From NCBI GenBank assembly GCA_965248445.1, contig CBDFJG010000004.1, positions 1,792,001 to 1,856,000 of the forward strand: a stretch of DNA of 64,000 nt, in the 5' to 3' direction. Position numbers and translations under genes: made by a program. Below are positions 1-9,304 of the stretch, piece after piece (position 1 is the first letter of the stretch; each line of letters opens with the position of its first letter). The notes under the pieces were generated by a model that saw nothing but the letters and a program-made list of their open reading frames with translations, was not told where the DNA came from and searched no databases. Source of the DNA: Planctomycetota bacterium (lineage in GTDB: Bacteria > Planctomycetota > JAJSAM01 > JAJVHW01).

Positions 1-194
1 TCCAGGGCAAGGTCGGTCGCCTCGGAGTCACTGCCATGCGCAGCACCTGCCCCATGCCAGTCCTCGTAACGTTCGCCTACGTCGTCTTTCGCCCCATGAC
101 CTGCCGTATCACCGCAGCCGAAGCCGAGCGTCGAGGCCAACACAAGCGAGGCCGTCGCTAGCAGGCACCGGGCGGAGCGAGAGATGGTCGTGAT
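1..194 (-). CDS. possible lipoprotein, partial (runs off the window; start uncertain)
   Basis: Open frame just after the upstream stop reads ITTISRSARCLLATASLVLASTLGFGC..., a hydrophobic stretch ending in a lipobox-like LGFGC. No ATG or GTG precedes it. Confidence 0.3.
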   Translation of the reverse strand, partial: MTTISRSARCLLATASLVLASTLGFGCGDTAGHGAKDDVGERYEDWHGAGAAHGSDSEATDLAL

Positions 195-203
195 CTACTC
201 AGC

Positions 204-1508
204 CTACTGGTTGGTGACTTCCACCGTCTCGGATGTGGCAGAGTTGCTGTCGCGGCCGACGCGAACGCGGTACGAGTGAAGCCCGGCGGCCGCGGAGTTG
301 TCGAGAACCACGTACTCGGTGCCGGGCAGGAGAGGGCCGTCCACTTCCTCCACGAGAAGCGGAGTGCCGATGCCATCCAGGTCCCGCGTGACCACCGCTC
401 CATCCGCGACCTCGCCACTGATCGTGAACCGGATTGTGTTGGTGCCGGGGGCGGTCTCCGTGATCGACGTGATCGATACCGTACCGCTATATCCCTTCCG
501 GCTCGAAGGCGCGTACAGGCGCACCGGAGCGCCCAACAGGGCCTCGTCATCATCGTCCGTGTACGTCGTCTGGGACCGTTGAGAGTAGATGTACTCGCCG
601 AGAGTGTCGGTGAAGCTGATCTCGGCGTAGTCGTCAGCGGAAACGTCGCCTGTCCACCCGTTCGGGAAGCCCGGCGTGGTCGCTTCCGGCACCGCGAACG
701 AGAAGTCGATGTCCATGAAGTTGTCGATCCGATACGTGTATTGGACTCCGCCGCCGGTCGCGGAGGCCACCGAACTCGTGAAGCGGAGCGACACCGAAGG
801 AGGAACGTCCCACAGCACCTCACCATTGGCGTCGAATGTGAGGTTGCCCGAGGAATCCCGAGCAAGCCACCCACCCGTACGAATGTCCGTGATGAGCGCC
901 GAGATTGCGTCAGGGTCCGCTTGGGGCTCGATCAACGTCACCGAGATCGGGGCGACATCGTGGGCCGCATACCCTTGGACCTCTCCCGAGTTCGCCTCAC
1001 CCGGGTCCGCCCCCCAAGGGCTCCACCCGCCCCCGGTATTGCCGATCACCGCCTCCCACGTATTGTGGGCGCCGATGATTCTCGACGGCTCCCAGTCGGC
1101 CTCCGCGTTCGCTTCGGAGGACATGAATTTCCTCCCACCAGGGCCAGTGCCACCCGTCTGCACATGCGTGAACTTGCTAGTGGCGCCGATCTTTCCGCAG
1201 AAGGGCGTCTTCGTCCATGCGCGGATGTAGTAGTTCTCGATGTACTCCTTGCCCGCGCTGTCCGTGTGCGTCCGCCCACTAGCCGAAGTCTCGGCCTTCA
1301 CGAAGATCCCGCTTGCCTTCTTCGGAAGAGCGTTTGAATTCGGGCCCTTGTGGGTGGACCACGTCACCGTAGACGTCGAGAAACTCCCCCCGGTCGTAAC
1401 GTTGCCGGCGCCGGAGAAGATCAGGGGCGGGTCGAATCGCATGTCCGCCATCGCGAGGGAACACGCCGCTCCGACGCCGATCACCAGAACCAGAGTCCGT
1501 GTACTCAT
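204..1508 (-). CDS. secreted beta-rich hypothetical protein with a possible Fn3/Ig-like C-terminus
   Basis: ATG at 1508 follows GGGGAGG. Signal peptide MSTRTLVLVIGVGAACSLAMA, Gly/Ser/Thr-rich body, C-terminal YVVLDNSAAAGLHSYRVRV. Confidence 0.7.
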   Translation of the reverse strand: MSTRTLVLVIGVGAACSLAMADMRFDPPLIFSGAGNVTTGGSFSTSTVTWSTHKGPNSNALPKKASGIFVKAETSASGRTHTDSAGKEYIENYYIRAWTKTPFCGKIGATSKFTHVQTGGTGPGGRKFMSSEANAEADWEPSRIIGAHNTWEAVIGNTGGGWSPWGADPGEANSGEVQGYAAHDVAPISVTLIEPQADPDAISALITDIRTGGWLARDSSGNLTFDANGEVLWDVPPSVSLRFTSSVASATGGGVQYTYRIDNFMDIDFSFAVPEATTPGFPNGWTGDVSADDYAEISFTDTLGEYIYSQRSQTTYTDDDDEALLGAPVRLYAPSSRKGYSGTVSITSITETAPGTNTIRFTISGEVADGAVVTRDLDGIGTPLLVEEVDGPLLPGTEYVVLDNSAAAGLHSYRVRVGRDSNSATSETVEVTNQ

Positions 1509-1629
1509 CTCGTTCCTCCCCAGGCCGCTCCTTCCGAGCGATCCAAGTCTACGCGCATCGAAGACCACAACTCCGCTCCAGGCGAGGGTACCACCCTGTT
1601 TCAAGGGGTTCGAGAGCAATCGGCAACAC

Positions 1630-3298
1630 CCCGAATCGTTCACCAGCCGGGAATCTGAGCGGGCCGTCGTCTGTCTAAGTGCTCGTACTCGCTAGTACTT
1701 GCACCGACAGGAGCGCCGGCCCGATGACGACAGACTGTAGCCCGCAGGGGACCCTCTTCGCGGGCATCTGTGGACGCACCGCGGTGACGCGCTTCGACGC
1801 CGGTACCGTGACGAGCGACGGGGGCGTGCTGCTGCTCGAGCGGGTCGATCGTCGCATCGATCTGCTCTCGCGGTTTGCGCGCTGCTTCGGGGACCACCGG
1901 GACCCGCGTCGGGTCGAGCACACGGTCGGCCAGATGCTGCGTCAGCGGGTCTTCGGGCTGTGCGCGGGCTACGAGGATCTGGTGGACCACGACCATGTCG
2001 GCAAGGACCCGCTGTTTGCCGCGGCGTGCGGCAAGCGCGAGGGTGCTCTGGCCACGCACCCGACGCTCTCGCGGCTCGAGACCACGCAGCTCGGCGCCAC
2101 GGCACAGACGCGCTACGCCAAGATCGAGATGGACCAGGAGCGCGTGGACAGCGTGCTCAGCGACGTCTTCTGCGAGGCCATGGGGCCGGAGGATCCGGGC
2201 CTGCTCGTGCTGGACCTGGACCACTCCGACGTGCGGCTGCACGGCCGGCAGGAGGGCCGCTTCTTCCACGGCTACTACGGGCACTACTGCTACCTGCCGC
2301 TGTACGTCTTCTGCGGCGAGCACCTCTTGCTCGCTCGGCTCCAGACCGCTGACAGAGATCCCGCGCGCGGAGTCGTGGACGAGCTCCGTGCGCTGGTCTT
2401 ACGTCTGCGGCGCCGCTGGCCCCGGGCCAAGGTGCTCGTGCGCGCAGACTCGGGCTTTTGCCGCGAGGAGCTGATGGCCTGGTGCGAGGCCGCCGGCCAC
2501 TTCTACCTGCTGGGCATGGCGCGCAATGAGCGCCTTGAGCGACACGTCGAAGACGCGCTCGATGAGGCCGCAGCCCGTGCCGTGCAGACCGGCCGAGCAG
2601 CCCGGGTCTTTCGCGACTTTGCCTGGACCACGCTGGGGAGCTGGAGCCAGAGGCGTCGCGTGGTCGCCAAGGCCGAGCACCTGCCGGGCGGCAAGCGCAA
2701 TCCCCGCTTCGTGGTGACCAATCTGCCGCCTCGTAGCTGGAGCAGCAAGCGTCTCTACGAGCAGCTCTACTGCGCCCGGGGCGAGGCGGAGAATCGCATC
2801 AAGGAGCAGCAGCTCGAGCTCTTCGGCACCCGTCTGTCGGTGCACACGATGCAGGGCAACGCCGTGCGGATGGCCATGTCGGCCATGGCCTACGTCCTGA
2901 CCTGTGCGCTGCGACGCATCGGTCTCGCCGGCACCGAGATGGCGCGTGCGCAAGCCGGCACGATCCGCCTGCGGCTGCTCAAGATCGGCGCGCTCGTGCG
3001 GATCACGACGCGCCGGATCTGGGTCTCGATGTCCTCGTCGTGGCCCTGGCAGCACGTCTTCGAGCGCTGCGCGCAACGACTGCTGGCATCCCCGAAGCCG
3101 ACCTGACGTCCCGCCGCGCCGTCCGCCACACCACCGCCCGGCCTACGGTCTGCCCACACCGCAGAATCCGCGCCGTTTCGGCCGCTCACTCGCGTTGCCC
3201 TTGTGGCAACGACGACAGCATCCGCCCTCGCCTGGCCAAGATCTGACCCTGTGGACTCCGAAAGCACCGTCATCGCGACGTCTCGTGAACAGATGCGG
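1630..3298 (+). mobile_element. IS1380-family insertion sequence, copy 1 (1669 bp)
   Basis: Near-identical to 60663..62331. Imperfect terminal IRs CCCGAATCGTTCAC / GTGAACAGATGCGG. Flanks ACAC and GTTA do not form a TSD. Confidence 0.9.
1724..3106 (+). CDS. IS1380-family DDE transposase
   Basis: Motifs TSDGGVLLL, GYED, HGRQEG..FHGYY..YCYLPL, VRADSGF, YCARGEAENRIKE. AGGAG RBS before ATG 1724. Confidence 0.95.
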   Translation: MTTDCSPQGTLFAGICGRTAVTRFDAGTVTSDGGVLLLERVDRRIDLLSRFARCFGDHRDPRRVEHTVGQMLRQRVFGLCAGYEDLVDHDHVGKDPLFAAACGKREGALATHPTLSRLETTQLGATAQTRYAKIEMDQERVDSVLSDVFCEAMGPEDPGLLVLDLDHSDVRLHGRQEGRFFHGYYGHYCYLPLYVFCGEHLLLARLQTADRDPARGVVDELRALVLRLRRRWPRAKVLVRADSGFCREELMAWCEAAGHFYLLGMARNERLERHVEDALDEAAARAVQTGRAARVFRDFAWTTLGSWSQRRRVVAKAEHLPGGKRNPRFVVTNLPPRSWSSKRLYEQLYCARGEAENRIKEQQLELFGTRLSVHTMQGNAVRMAMSAMAYVLTCALRRIGLAGTEMARAQAGTIRLRLLKIGALVRITTRRIWVSMSSSWPWQHVFERCAQRLLASPKPT

Positions 3299-3405
3299 GT
3301 TACGCCCTGCACCCGTGACTCAGATCCCCCGTGCTGCAACGCGCTTGGCGGCGTCACGACGCGCCTGGGTGTCCGAGTCGCGTCGAGGATGTTCTAATTC
3401 CCGAC

Positions 3406-5364
3406 GTGGAACTACTCCTCGTCTTGGTGATCGCCCTCGCCGCGCTCTTCGCGCTTGGCGTCAATCGTCGCAGCGTGGGCGCGCGCTCGGCACCGCTCGC
3501 GCTGGCTGCACTTACGGTCGCGGGACTCGCCGCCTCTGCGTGGGCGTGGTACGCGCGACCGATCTCGGCGGGCGGCGAACGAGACCCCTTGACCGCCGAG
3601 CGCCCACTCGTCACTCGCAGCGACGGATACGTGTCGTCGACCGCCTGCCGCGCCTGCCACCCGCAGGAGTACGCGACGTGGCAGAAGAGCTTCCACCGGA
3701 CCATGACGCAGGTGGTCACCCCCAACACACTCGTCTCCAACTGGGACGGGGTGACGCTGACCCACCGCGGCAAGGACTACCACCTGTCGCGGAAGGGCGA
3801 GCAGTTTTGGGTCGACATGGTCGATCCGGAGTGGGACCCGGGCAGCCTCTTTGGCGGCAAACCGCGGGCGAGCGGAAACATGACACGCCGCGTGCAGAAG
3901 CGCGTCGTCATGTCCACCGGTTCGCACCATCAGCAGGTGTACTGGATCACTGCCGGCGAGGGTCGCAAGGTGCACCTCTTCCAGTTCACGTGGCTCATCG
4001 TGGAGCAGCGTTGGGTGCCGTACGAGAACACGTTCTTGAACGCGGACGTCGAGCACGAGCAGACCGAGGTCTGGAACGCCAGCTGCGTCCTGTGCCATGC
4101 GACCCACGGCAAGATGCGCCCCGCGCGAGGCAGCAATCGCCGCTTCGACACACACGTCGCCGAGTTTGGGATCGCGTGCGAGGCGTGCCACGGCCCCGGC
4201 GAGAACCACGTCGCACGCCACTCGGAGCCAATCGCGCGTTACGCCGCGCGGAGCGACGGGGAGCCCGACCCGACCATTGTGAACCCCGTCAACCTGACAG
4301 GCGACGTGTCGTCGCACGCCTGCGCGCAGTGCCACAGCATCTTCGAGCCAAAGGGACGGGAGCTCGCTGCACGCGTCTCGACGGAGGGCATGGTCTACCG
4401 ACCGGGCGACGACCTGCGCGACACCCGCAACTTCTTCATCCGCTCTTCGGACCCGGACGAAGTCACCGCCGAGACACCCGCTGTCCGCCGCGCACTCGAC
4501 CAATCTTTCTGGCGCGACGGCATGCTGCGTGTCGCCGGCCGCGACTTCCACGGGCTCGAAGCATCCCCGTGTTTCGAGGGTGGTGAGTTCACGTGCTTCT
4601 CGTGCCACTCGATGCACTCGTACGAAGACGCCAGCGATCAGCTCGCGCCCGGAATGGACGGCGACGAGGCCTGCCTGCAGTGTCACGAGGACATGCGGAA
4701 GCGCATCACCGAGCACACCCACCACGCAACGGGTTCCGGCGGCAGCGCCTGCATGAACTGCCACATGCCCTACACGACGTACGGCCTGCTCACCGCCATC
4801 CGCAGCCATACGATCTCGGTCCCCAACGTCCGCGAGTCACAAACACACGAACGACCCAACGCCTGCAACCTCTGCCACCTCGACCAGTCCCTTGAGTGGA
4901 CCCGCGAGCACCTGACCGAGTGGTTTGACACGCCGCAGGACGCCATCGTTGCGACCGAGGACAAACAGCGTTCGGCCGCGCTCGTCTGGCTGCTGCGAGG
5001 CAACGCCGGGCAGCGCGCCCTCACCGCATGGGCAGCGGGCTGGAAACCGGCCCACGAGGCGTCGGGCACCGACTGGCAAGCGCCGTTCCTCGGGTACGCG
5101 TTAGAAGACCCGTATGCGGCCGTCCGCTTCATCGCGCACCGCTCTCTCCGCTCGCTCCCGGGATACGGCGACTTCGAGTACGGCTACGTGGACCCGCCCG
5201 CAGAGCGCAGCGCAACCGCGCAACGTGCGCGCGAGCAGTGGAACGCGGTTCCCTCGCGCGGCAGCCCCACGCTGCTGCTCGATCAAGACGGCACACTCGA
5301 CAGCGACGCGATCCTCGACGTCATCCGGCGTCGTGACGAACGACATATGTTTCTGGCGGAGTGA
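3406..5364 (+). CDS. membrane-anchored octaheme c-type cytochrome
   Basis: Eight CxxCH motifs (CRACH, CVLCH, CEACH, CAQCH, CFSCH, CLQCH, CMNCH, CNLCH) and two N-terminal hydrophobic segments. Start uncertain. Confidence 0.85.
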   Translation: MELLLVLVIALAALFALGVNRRSVGARSAPLALAALTVAGLAASAWAWYARPISAGGERDPLTAERPLVTRSDGYVSSTACRACHPQEYATWQKSFHRTMTQVVTPNTLVSNWDGVTLTHRGKDYHLSRKGEQFWVDMVDPEWDPGSLFGGKPRASGNMTRRVQKRVVMSTGSHHQQVYWITAGEGRKVHLFQFTWLIVEQRWVPYENTFLNADVEHEQTEVWNASCVLCHATHGKMRPARGSNRRFDTHVAEFGIACEACHGPGENHVARHSEPIARYAARSDGEPDPTIVNPVNLTGDVSSHACAQCHSIFEPKGRELAARVSTEGMVYRPGDDLRDTRNFFIRSSDPDEVTAETPAVRRALDQSFWRDGMLRVAGRDFHGLEASPCFEGGEFTCFSCHSMHSYEDASDQLAPGMDGDEACLQCHEDMRKRITEHTHHATGSGGSACMNCHMPYTTYGLLTAIRSHTISVPNVRESQTHERPNACNLCHLDQSLEWTREHLTEWFDTPQDAIVATEDKQRSAALVWLLRGNAGQRALTAWAAGWKPAHEASGTDWQAPFLGYALEDPYAAVRFIAHRSLRSLPGYGDFEYGYVDPPAERSATAQRAREQWNAVPSRGSPTLLLDQDGTLDSDAILDVIRRRDERHMFLAE

Positions 5365-5368
5365 ACCG

Positions 5369-5797
5369 ATGTCAGCCGAGTCTCCCGAACGCGATCTCTC
5401 TGCGCGCCACGTCCGCATCGGCTGGTGGGCGGTGTTTGTGTTCATCGTCCTCGGCGCCGTCCTCGAGGGTCTGCATGCCTTCAAGGCGTCGCTCTACGTT
5501 GATCTCGCCAACGAGTCGCGCCGACTCATGTGGACCCTCGCCCACGCTCACGGCACGCTGCTCGGGCTCCTGCACTTCGCGTTCGCGGTAACCGTCCGCT
5601 GGCTCCCGGACTGGTCACCGGGCCCACGGACCACTGCGTCGCGTGCACTCACGGCCGCCACCGTCCTCCTCCCGGGAGGTTTCTTCCTCGGCGGACTCAT
5701 CATCCACGGCGGCGACCCCGGCATCGGCATCGCCCTCGTCCCAGTCGGCGCAGTCCTCCTCGCGATCGCAGCGTTCTGCGCGGCGCGGGCAAGGTGA
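5369..5797 (+). CDS. small 4-TM membrane protein with His motif
   Basis: Starts 4 nt after the cytochrome stop. Four hydrophobic helices and WTLAHAHGTLLG. Confidence 0.75.
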   Translation: MSAESPERDLSARHVRIGWWAVFVFIVLGAVLEGLHAFKASLYVDLANESRRLMWTLAHAHGTLLGLLHFAFAVTVRWLPDWSPGPRTTASRALTAATVLLPGGFFLGGLIIHGGDPGIGIALVPVGAVLLAIAAFCAARAR

Positions 5798-5939
5798 CAG
5801 CGATTACGCCCGACGGAACCCCGTCGCCGCTGAGCGGGGGCGATCGGGCGTGCTCCGGTGGCACGCCCGCGCCGCTGCGGGAGCCGTCGCAGCAACCCGG
5901 GATCAAGGGACGATCAGTCCCCTGCTCTGACCGACTGAG

Positions 5940-6210
5940 CTACCGTTCCGACGTGTCCCAGAAGTCGCGCGGGTACAGGCGCACGAGTTCGGCATCCGGG
6001 CCCTCGGTGCGCTTCAGGTAGTCGGCCCATGCGTCGAGCTGCACCTCGGGGCCGATCACGAAGTACACCCCGCCGGGAACCGTCCTCGACGCGGTGCCAC
6101 GCCCAGCTCGCGCGGTTCTTTGACGGCGGCGGCTCGACGCGGAGGGCGACCGGACTCGCGGACACGTCCCCACCAGACGCAGCGGCCTCGGCGGCCACCG
6201 CCTCCTCGCC
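5940..6210 (-). pseudogene. probable gene remnant
   Basis: Protein-like C-terminus GGVYFVIGPEVQLDAWADYLKRTEGPDAELVRLYPRDFW with no convincing start. Lies next to an IS-like end. Confidence 0.3.
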
Positions 6211-6213
6211 TAG

Positions 6214-6300
6214 AAGGCGGGACAGTCGCAACGAAGCCCACTCTTTCGCAGCACCCTTAGAAGCGGGACACTGGCAACCAAGTCTGGTGAACGATGCCGG
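6214..6300 (-). mobile_element. IS1380-like terminal remnant
   Basis: Minus strand from 6300 reads CCGGCATCGTTCACCAG, similar to the IS left end CCCGAATCGTTCACCAG. It abuts CTAG at 6301..6304. Confidence 0.5.
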
Positions 6301-8756
6301 CTAGGCCTCGAACGCCGGTGCCATCGCGGCGGCGGTGGCTCGAAACGGGACCCACACGAGCGCGACTTCGCGGACGTACACGTCGCTCTTCTTGGGAGGG
6401 ATCTGGAGGACGTCGACGTCGAGGGTCTCGGGGTCGAAGTCCTCCTTGACCTCCTCGAGGGCTTCCTGGAACTCCTCTTCGAGTTCTTCCATGTCCTCCT
6501 GGATGCGCTCGTGCGCGTCCTCGGCGCGCGCGATGTCGGCCTTCTGTCCCGACGCGCGGGAGACGCTCTTCATCGCTGTACCGGCACGGGTCATCGCCGT
6601 CGTCTTCCTGCCAAAGATCGCTCCAAGGATCGTGCTCCCGAACGAGACGACACTGCTCATCTTCGACTGGCTGTACTGCTGCTTCTCGACCTCGATCTTG
6701 TCCTCGGCCTTCTCGACGCGTGCGTGCATGCGGTCGAGCTTCGGCTTGAACTTCTTGCGAAGCTTCTCGACAGCCAGATCGCGTGCCTCGTGTGTGGTCT
6801 CCTGCAAGCGCACGTTGAGAACTCGCCCACGGACTCGTCGCCCTCCTGCACGAGCTTGACCGCCTTGCACTGCCGGAGTTCGAGCCGTTCGTTGCGGTAC
6901 AGGTGGTCGCGCAGCGACGTCTTCCACTTCTTGAACTGCACCGCCTTCATCGCCGCAGCGGGCACGGCATCGAAGCCGGCACCTTCGACCGGAGCGTCGG
7001 AGAGCGACGGCTCTGCGGACTCGAGCCGATCCGCGTCGCCCCACGGGTCGGAGCCGACGCGCTTGCCGAGCGGCGCCAGGAGCGCGGCGTCGCGCTTGGC
7101 GCTCACCGGCGGGCGGGCGCGGTTGTACGCGATCCGCACGAGGCCGAGGAGCGCGGGGCGATAGACGATCTGGCCCGTGCCCCGACCGGCGGACAAGAAG
7201 TACTCCGGGACGCCGGGCGGGACGATGGGACGCGCTCTCTTCGCCGCCTTCTTCGGCGGCGCCGCCGCTGCGACTGCCGGCGCGGCGGCCACGGCCGCCT
7301 TGGCGACCGAGACCCTCTTGGGCTTCGCGCGGGCCTTGCGCGTCTTCATCAGCCCGCGGATCTGATCCCGCGTCAGCGGACCGGCCAGGTAGCTCAGCGC
7401 CCAGCGCGTGTGGAACATCACCGGCCGGTCCTCGTGCACGTTGTTCATCAGGAACACGCGCGAACCGAGGCCGGCGAGGGTCGCTTCCATCTTGCCGCGG
7501 TCGAACGCCTTGCCCGCTGCCGCGGAAGCGCCCTCGAGGCCCTCGATGACACGCATCTTGTCACGCTCCGTCTGCAGCCGGCCGAGGAACCACGTGCCGG
7601 CGTTCGACAGCGCCTTGTAGTCGAGATCGACCGGGTTCTGCGTCGCGAGCACCACACCGAGTCCGTACGCACGGGCCTGCTTCAGCAGCGTCAGCATCGG
7701 GAGCTTCGACGGCGGCTTGGCCGACGGCGGCAAGAAGCCGAAGACCTCGTCCATGTAGAGCAGCGCACGCAGCGAGCTGGTGCCCCGCTGCGAGCGCATC
7801 CACGACACGATCTCGTTGAGGAGGATCGTCACGAAGAACATGCGCTCGGAGTCACCGAGGTGCGCGATCGACATGACCGAGACACGCGCCTTGCCGTCGG
7901 CGGTGCGCAGCAGCTTGCCGACGTCGAGCGGCTCGCCCTTCATCCACGTCTCGAAGCCCGGCGACGCGAGCAGGTTGTTCAGCGTCATCGACAGCTCGAA
8001 CCGGTCCTCCGGCGAGAAGAACGAGTCGAGCGGGAGCACACCGATCGACTCGAACGGCGGGTTCTGGATGGCGACGATCAGCCCGGGCAGGTCGAGGCTC
8101 TCACCGGCGGTCCACTTCTTGTGGAGGATGTTCGAGAGCAGGATGTGCTCACGGCTGCGGATCGGATCGGCATCGACACCGAGCAACGCGAGCAAGCCCG
8201 AGACCGTTGCCTGCACGCGGTCGCGCATCGCATCCGTGTCGTCGCGCAGCGACTCGGACGGCGCATCGAACGAACCGAGCACCGAGACGGGCACACCCGC
8301 TGTGCTGCCGGGCGTGTAGATCGTGACCTCCGCCGCATCGCGGAACTTCTGGATACGCGAGGGCGACTGATTCCACTTGCCGAGCCCCCACTTCCAGAGT
8401 TCGGCGCGGTCCTTCGCGTACTCGGCCACGCTCATGCCCTTGCGAGATGCCGTGTCGGGGTCGACCCACGGCTCGAAGTCGTCGGGCGAGAGCTTCGGGA
8501 ACGCGAGCAGCAGGTTGCCGAGGTCGCCCTTGGGATCGATGCAGATCGCGGGGATGCCGTCGATCGCGGCCTCTTCCAGGAGCGTCACGCAGAGACCCGT
8601 CTTGCCGCTGCCCGTCATGCCGACGCAGACGGCGTGCGTCGTGAGGTCCTTCGCGTCGTAAAGCAGCGGCTGGTCTTCGTGCGTGCCCGTCTCGGGATCG
8701 TGCATCCCGCCGAGATAGAACACACCCAGCTTCTCGTAGTCAGGCCCTGCACTCAT
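6301..8756 (-). pseudogene. HerA-like (DUF87/DUF853-type) P-loop ATPase, frameshifted near 6819
   Basis: Walker A GMTGSGKT, IDPKGD, LYMDEV, LATQNPVDLDYK. The frame ending ...ESVGEF continues in another frame as NVRLQETTHEARD and a coiled coil to the stop at 6301. Confidence 0.8.
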
Positions 8757-8829
8757 CGCGTCGCTCCAGCTATTCCACCCACCGAGCCGCGCACTCTATC
8801 GCGCGTGCGAAGGGCGGAGCGAGCGACGC

Positions 8830-9225
8830 TCAGGCGGTCGTGGCCGGCGCGAGGCCGTCGAGCGCGGCGCGGACACGCTCGGCGAGCGACATCGGCGTGA
8901 ACGGCTTGGGAAGGAGGTCGCCCTCCCGGCCCTGGAGCTCGATCGTCTGGTCGGAGTAGCCGGACATGAAGAGAACCCGCAGGTCGGCGCGGCGGCCGCG
9001 CAGGTCCTCGGCTACGTCGACGCCGGAGATGCCGGGCAGACTCACGTCGGTGAGCAAGAGGTCGACGTCCGCGAGAGAGCCCTGGGCCAGCGAGAGGGCC
9101 TCTTCACCGTCCTCGGCCGCGAGGACCGTGTATCCGGCGCCCTCGAGGAGCAACGAAGCGAGCTTCCGCACCATGGGCTCGTCCTCGACGAGGAGGATCG
9201 TCTCGGTAGCTGTGCAGGCTGGCAT
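8830..9225 (-). CDS. single-domain response regulator receiver
   Basis: ILLVEDE, LLLTDV.LPG, FMSGY, KPF motifs. Confidence 0.9.
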   Translation of the reverse strand: MPACTATETILLVEDEPMVRKLASLLLEGAGYTVLAAEDGEEALSLAQGSLADVDLLLTDVSLPGISGVDVAEDLRGRRADLRVLFMSGYSDQTIELQGREGDLLPKPFTPMSLAERVRAALDGLAPATTA

Positions 9226-9304
9226 GGGTTCGTCCTCGGGCGCGAAGGGCGTTCCCCGCCGGGGGCGCTCTTCAGCCTGAGGATCGGTCGTTCCGCGTCC
9301 CGCT

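Noticed and set aside
1509..1643. Extended N-terminus of the 479-aa ORF
   Set aside because: It starts inside the IS end. The RBS and signal peptide support ATG 1508.
6301..8756. HerA ATPase as an anti-phage defence system
   Set aside because: No nuclease, SIR2 or other effector partner is adjacent.
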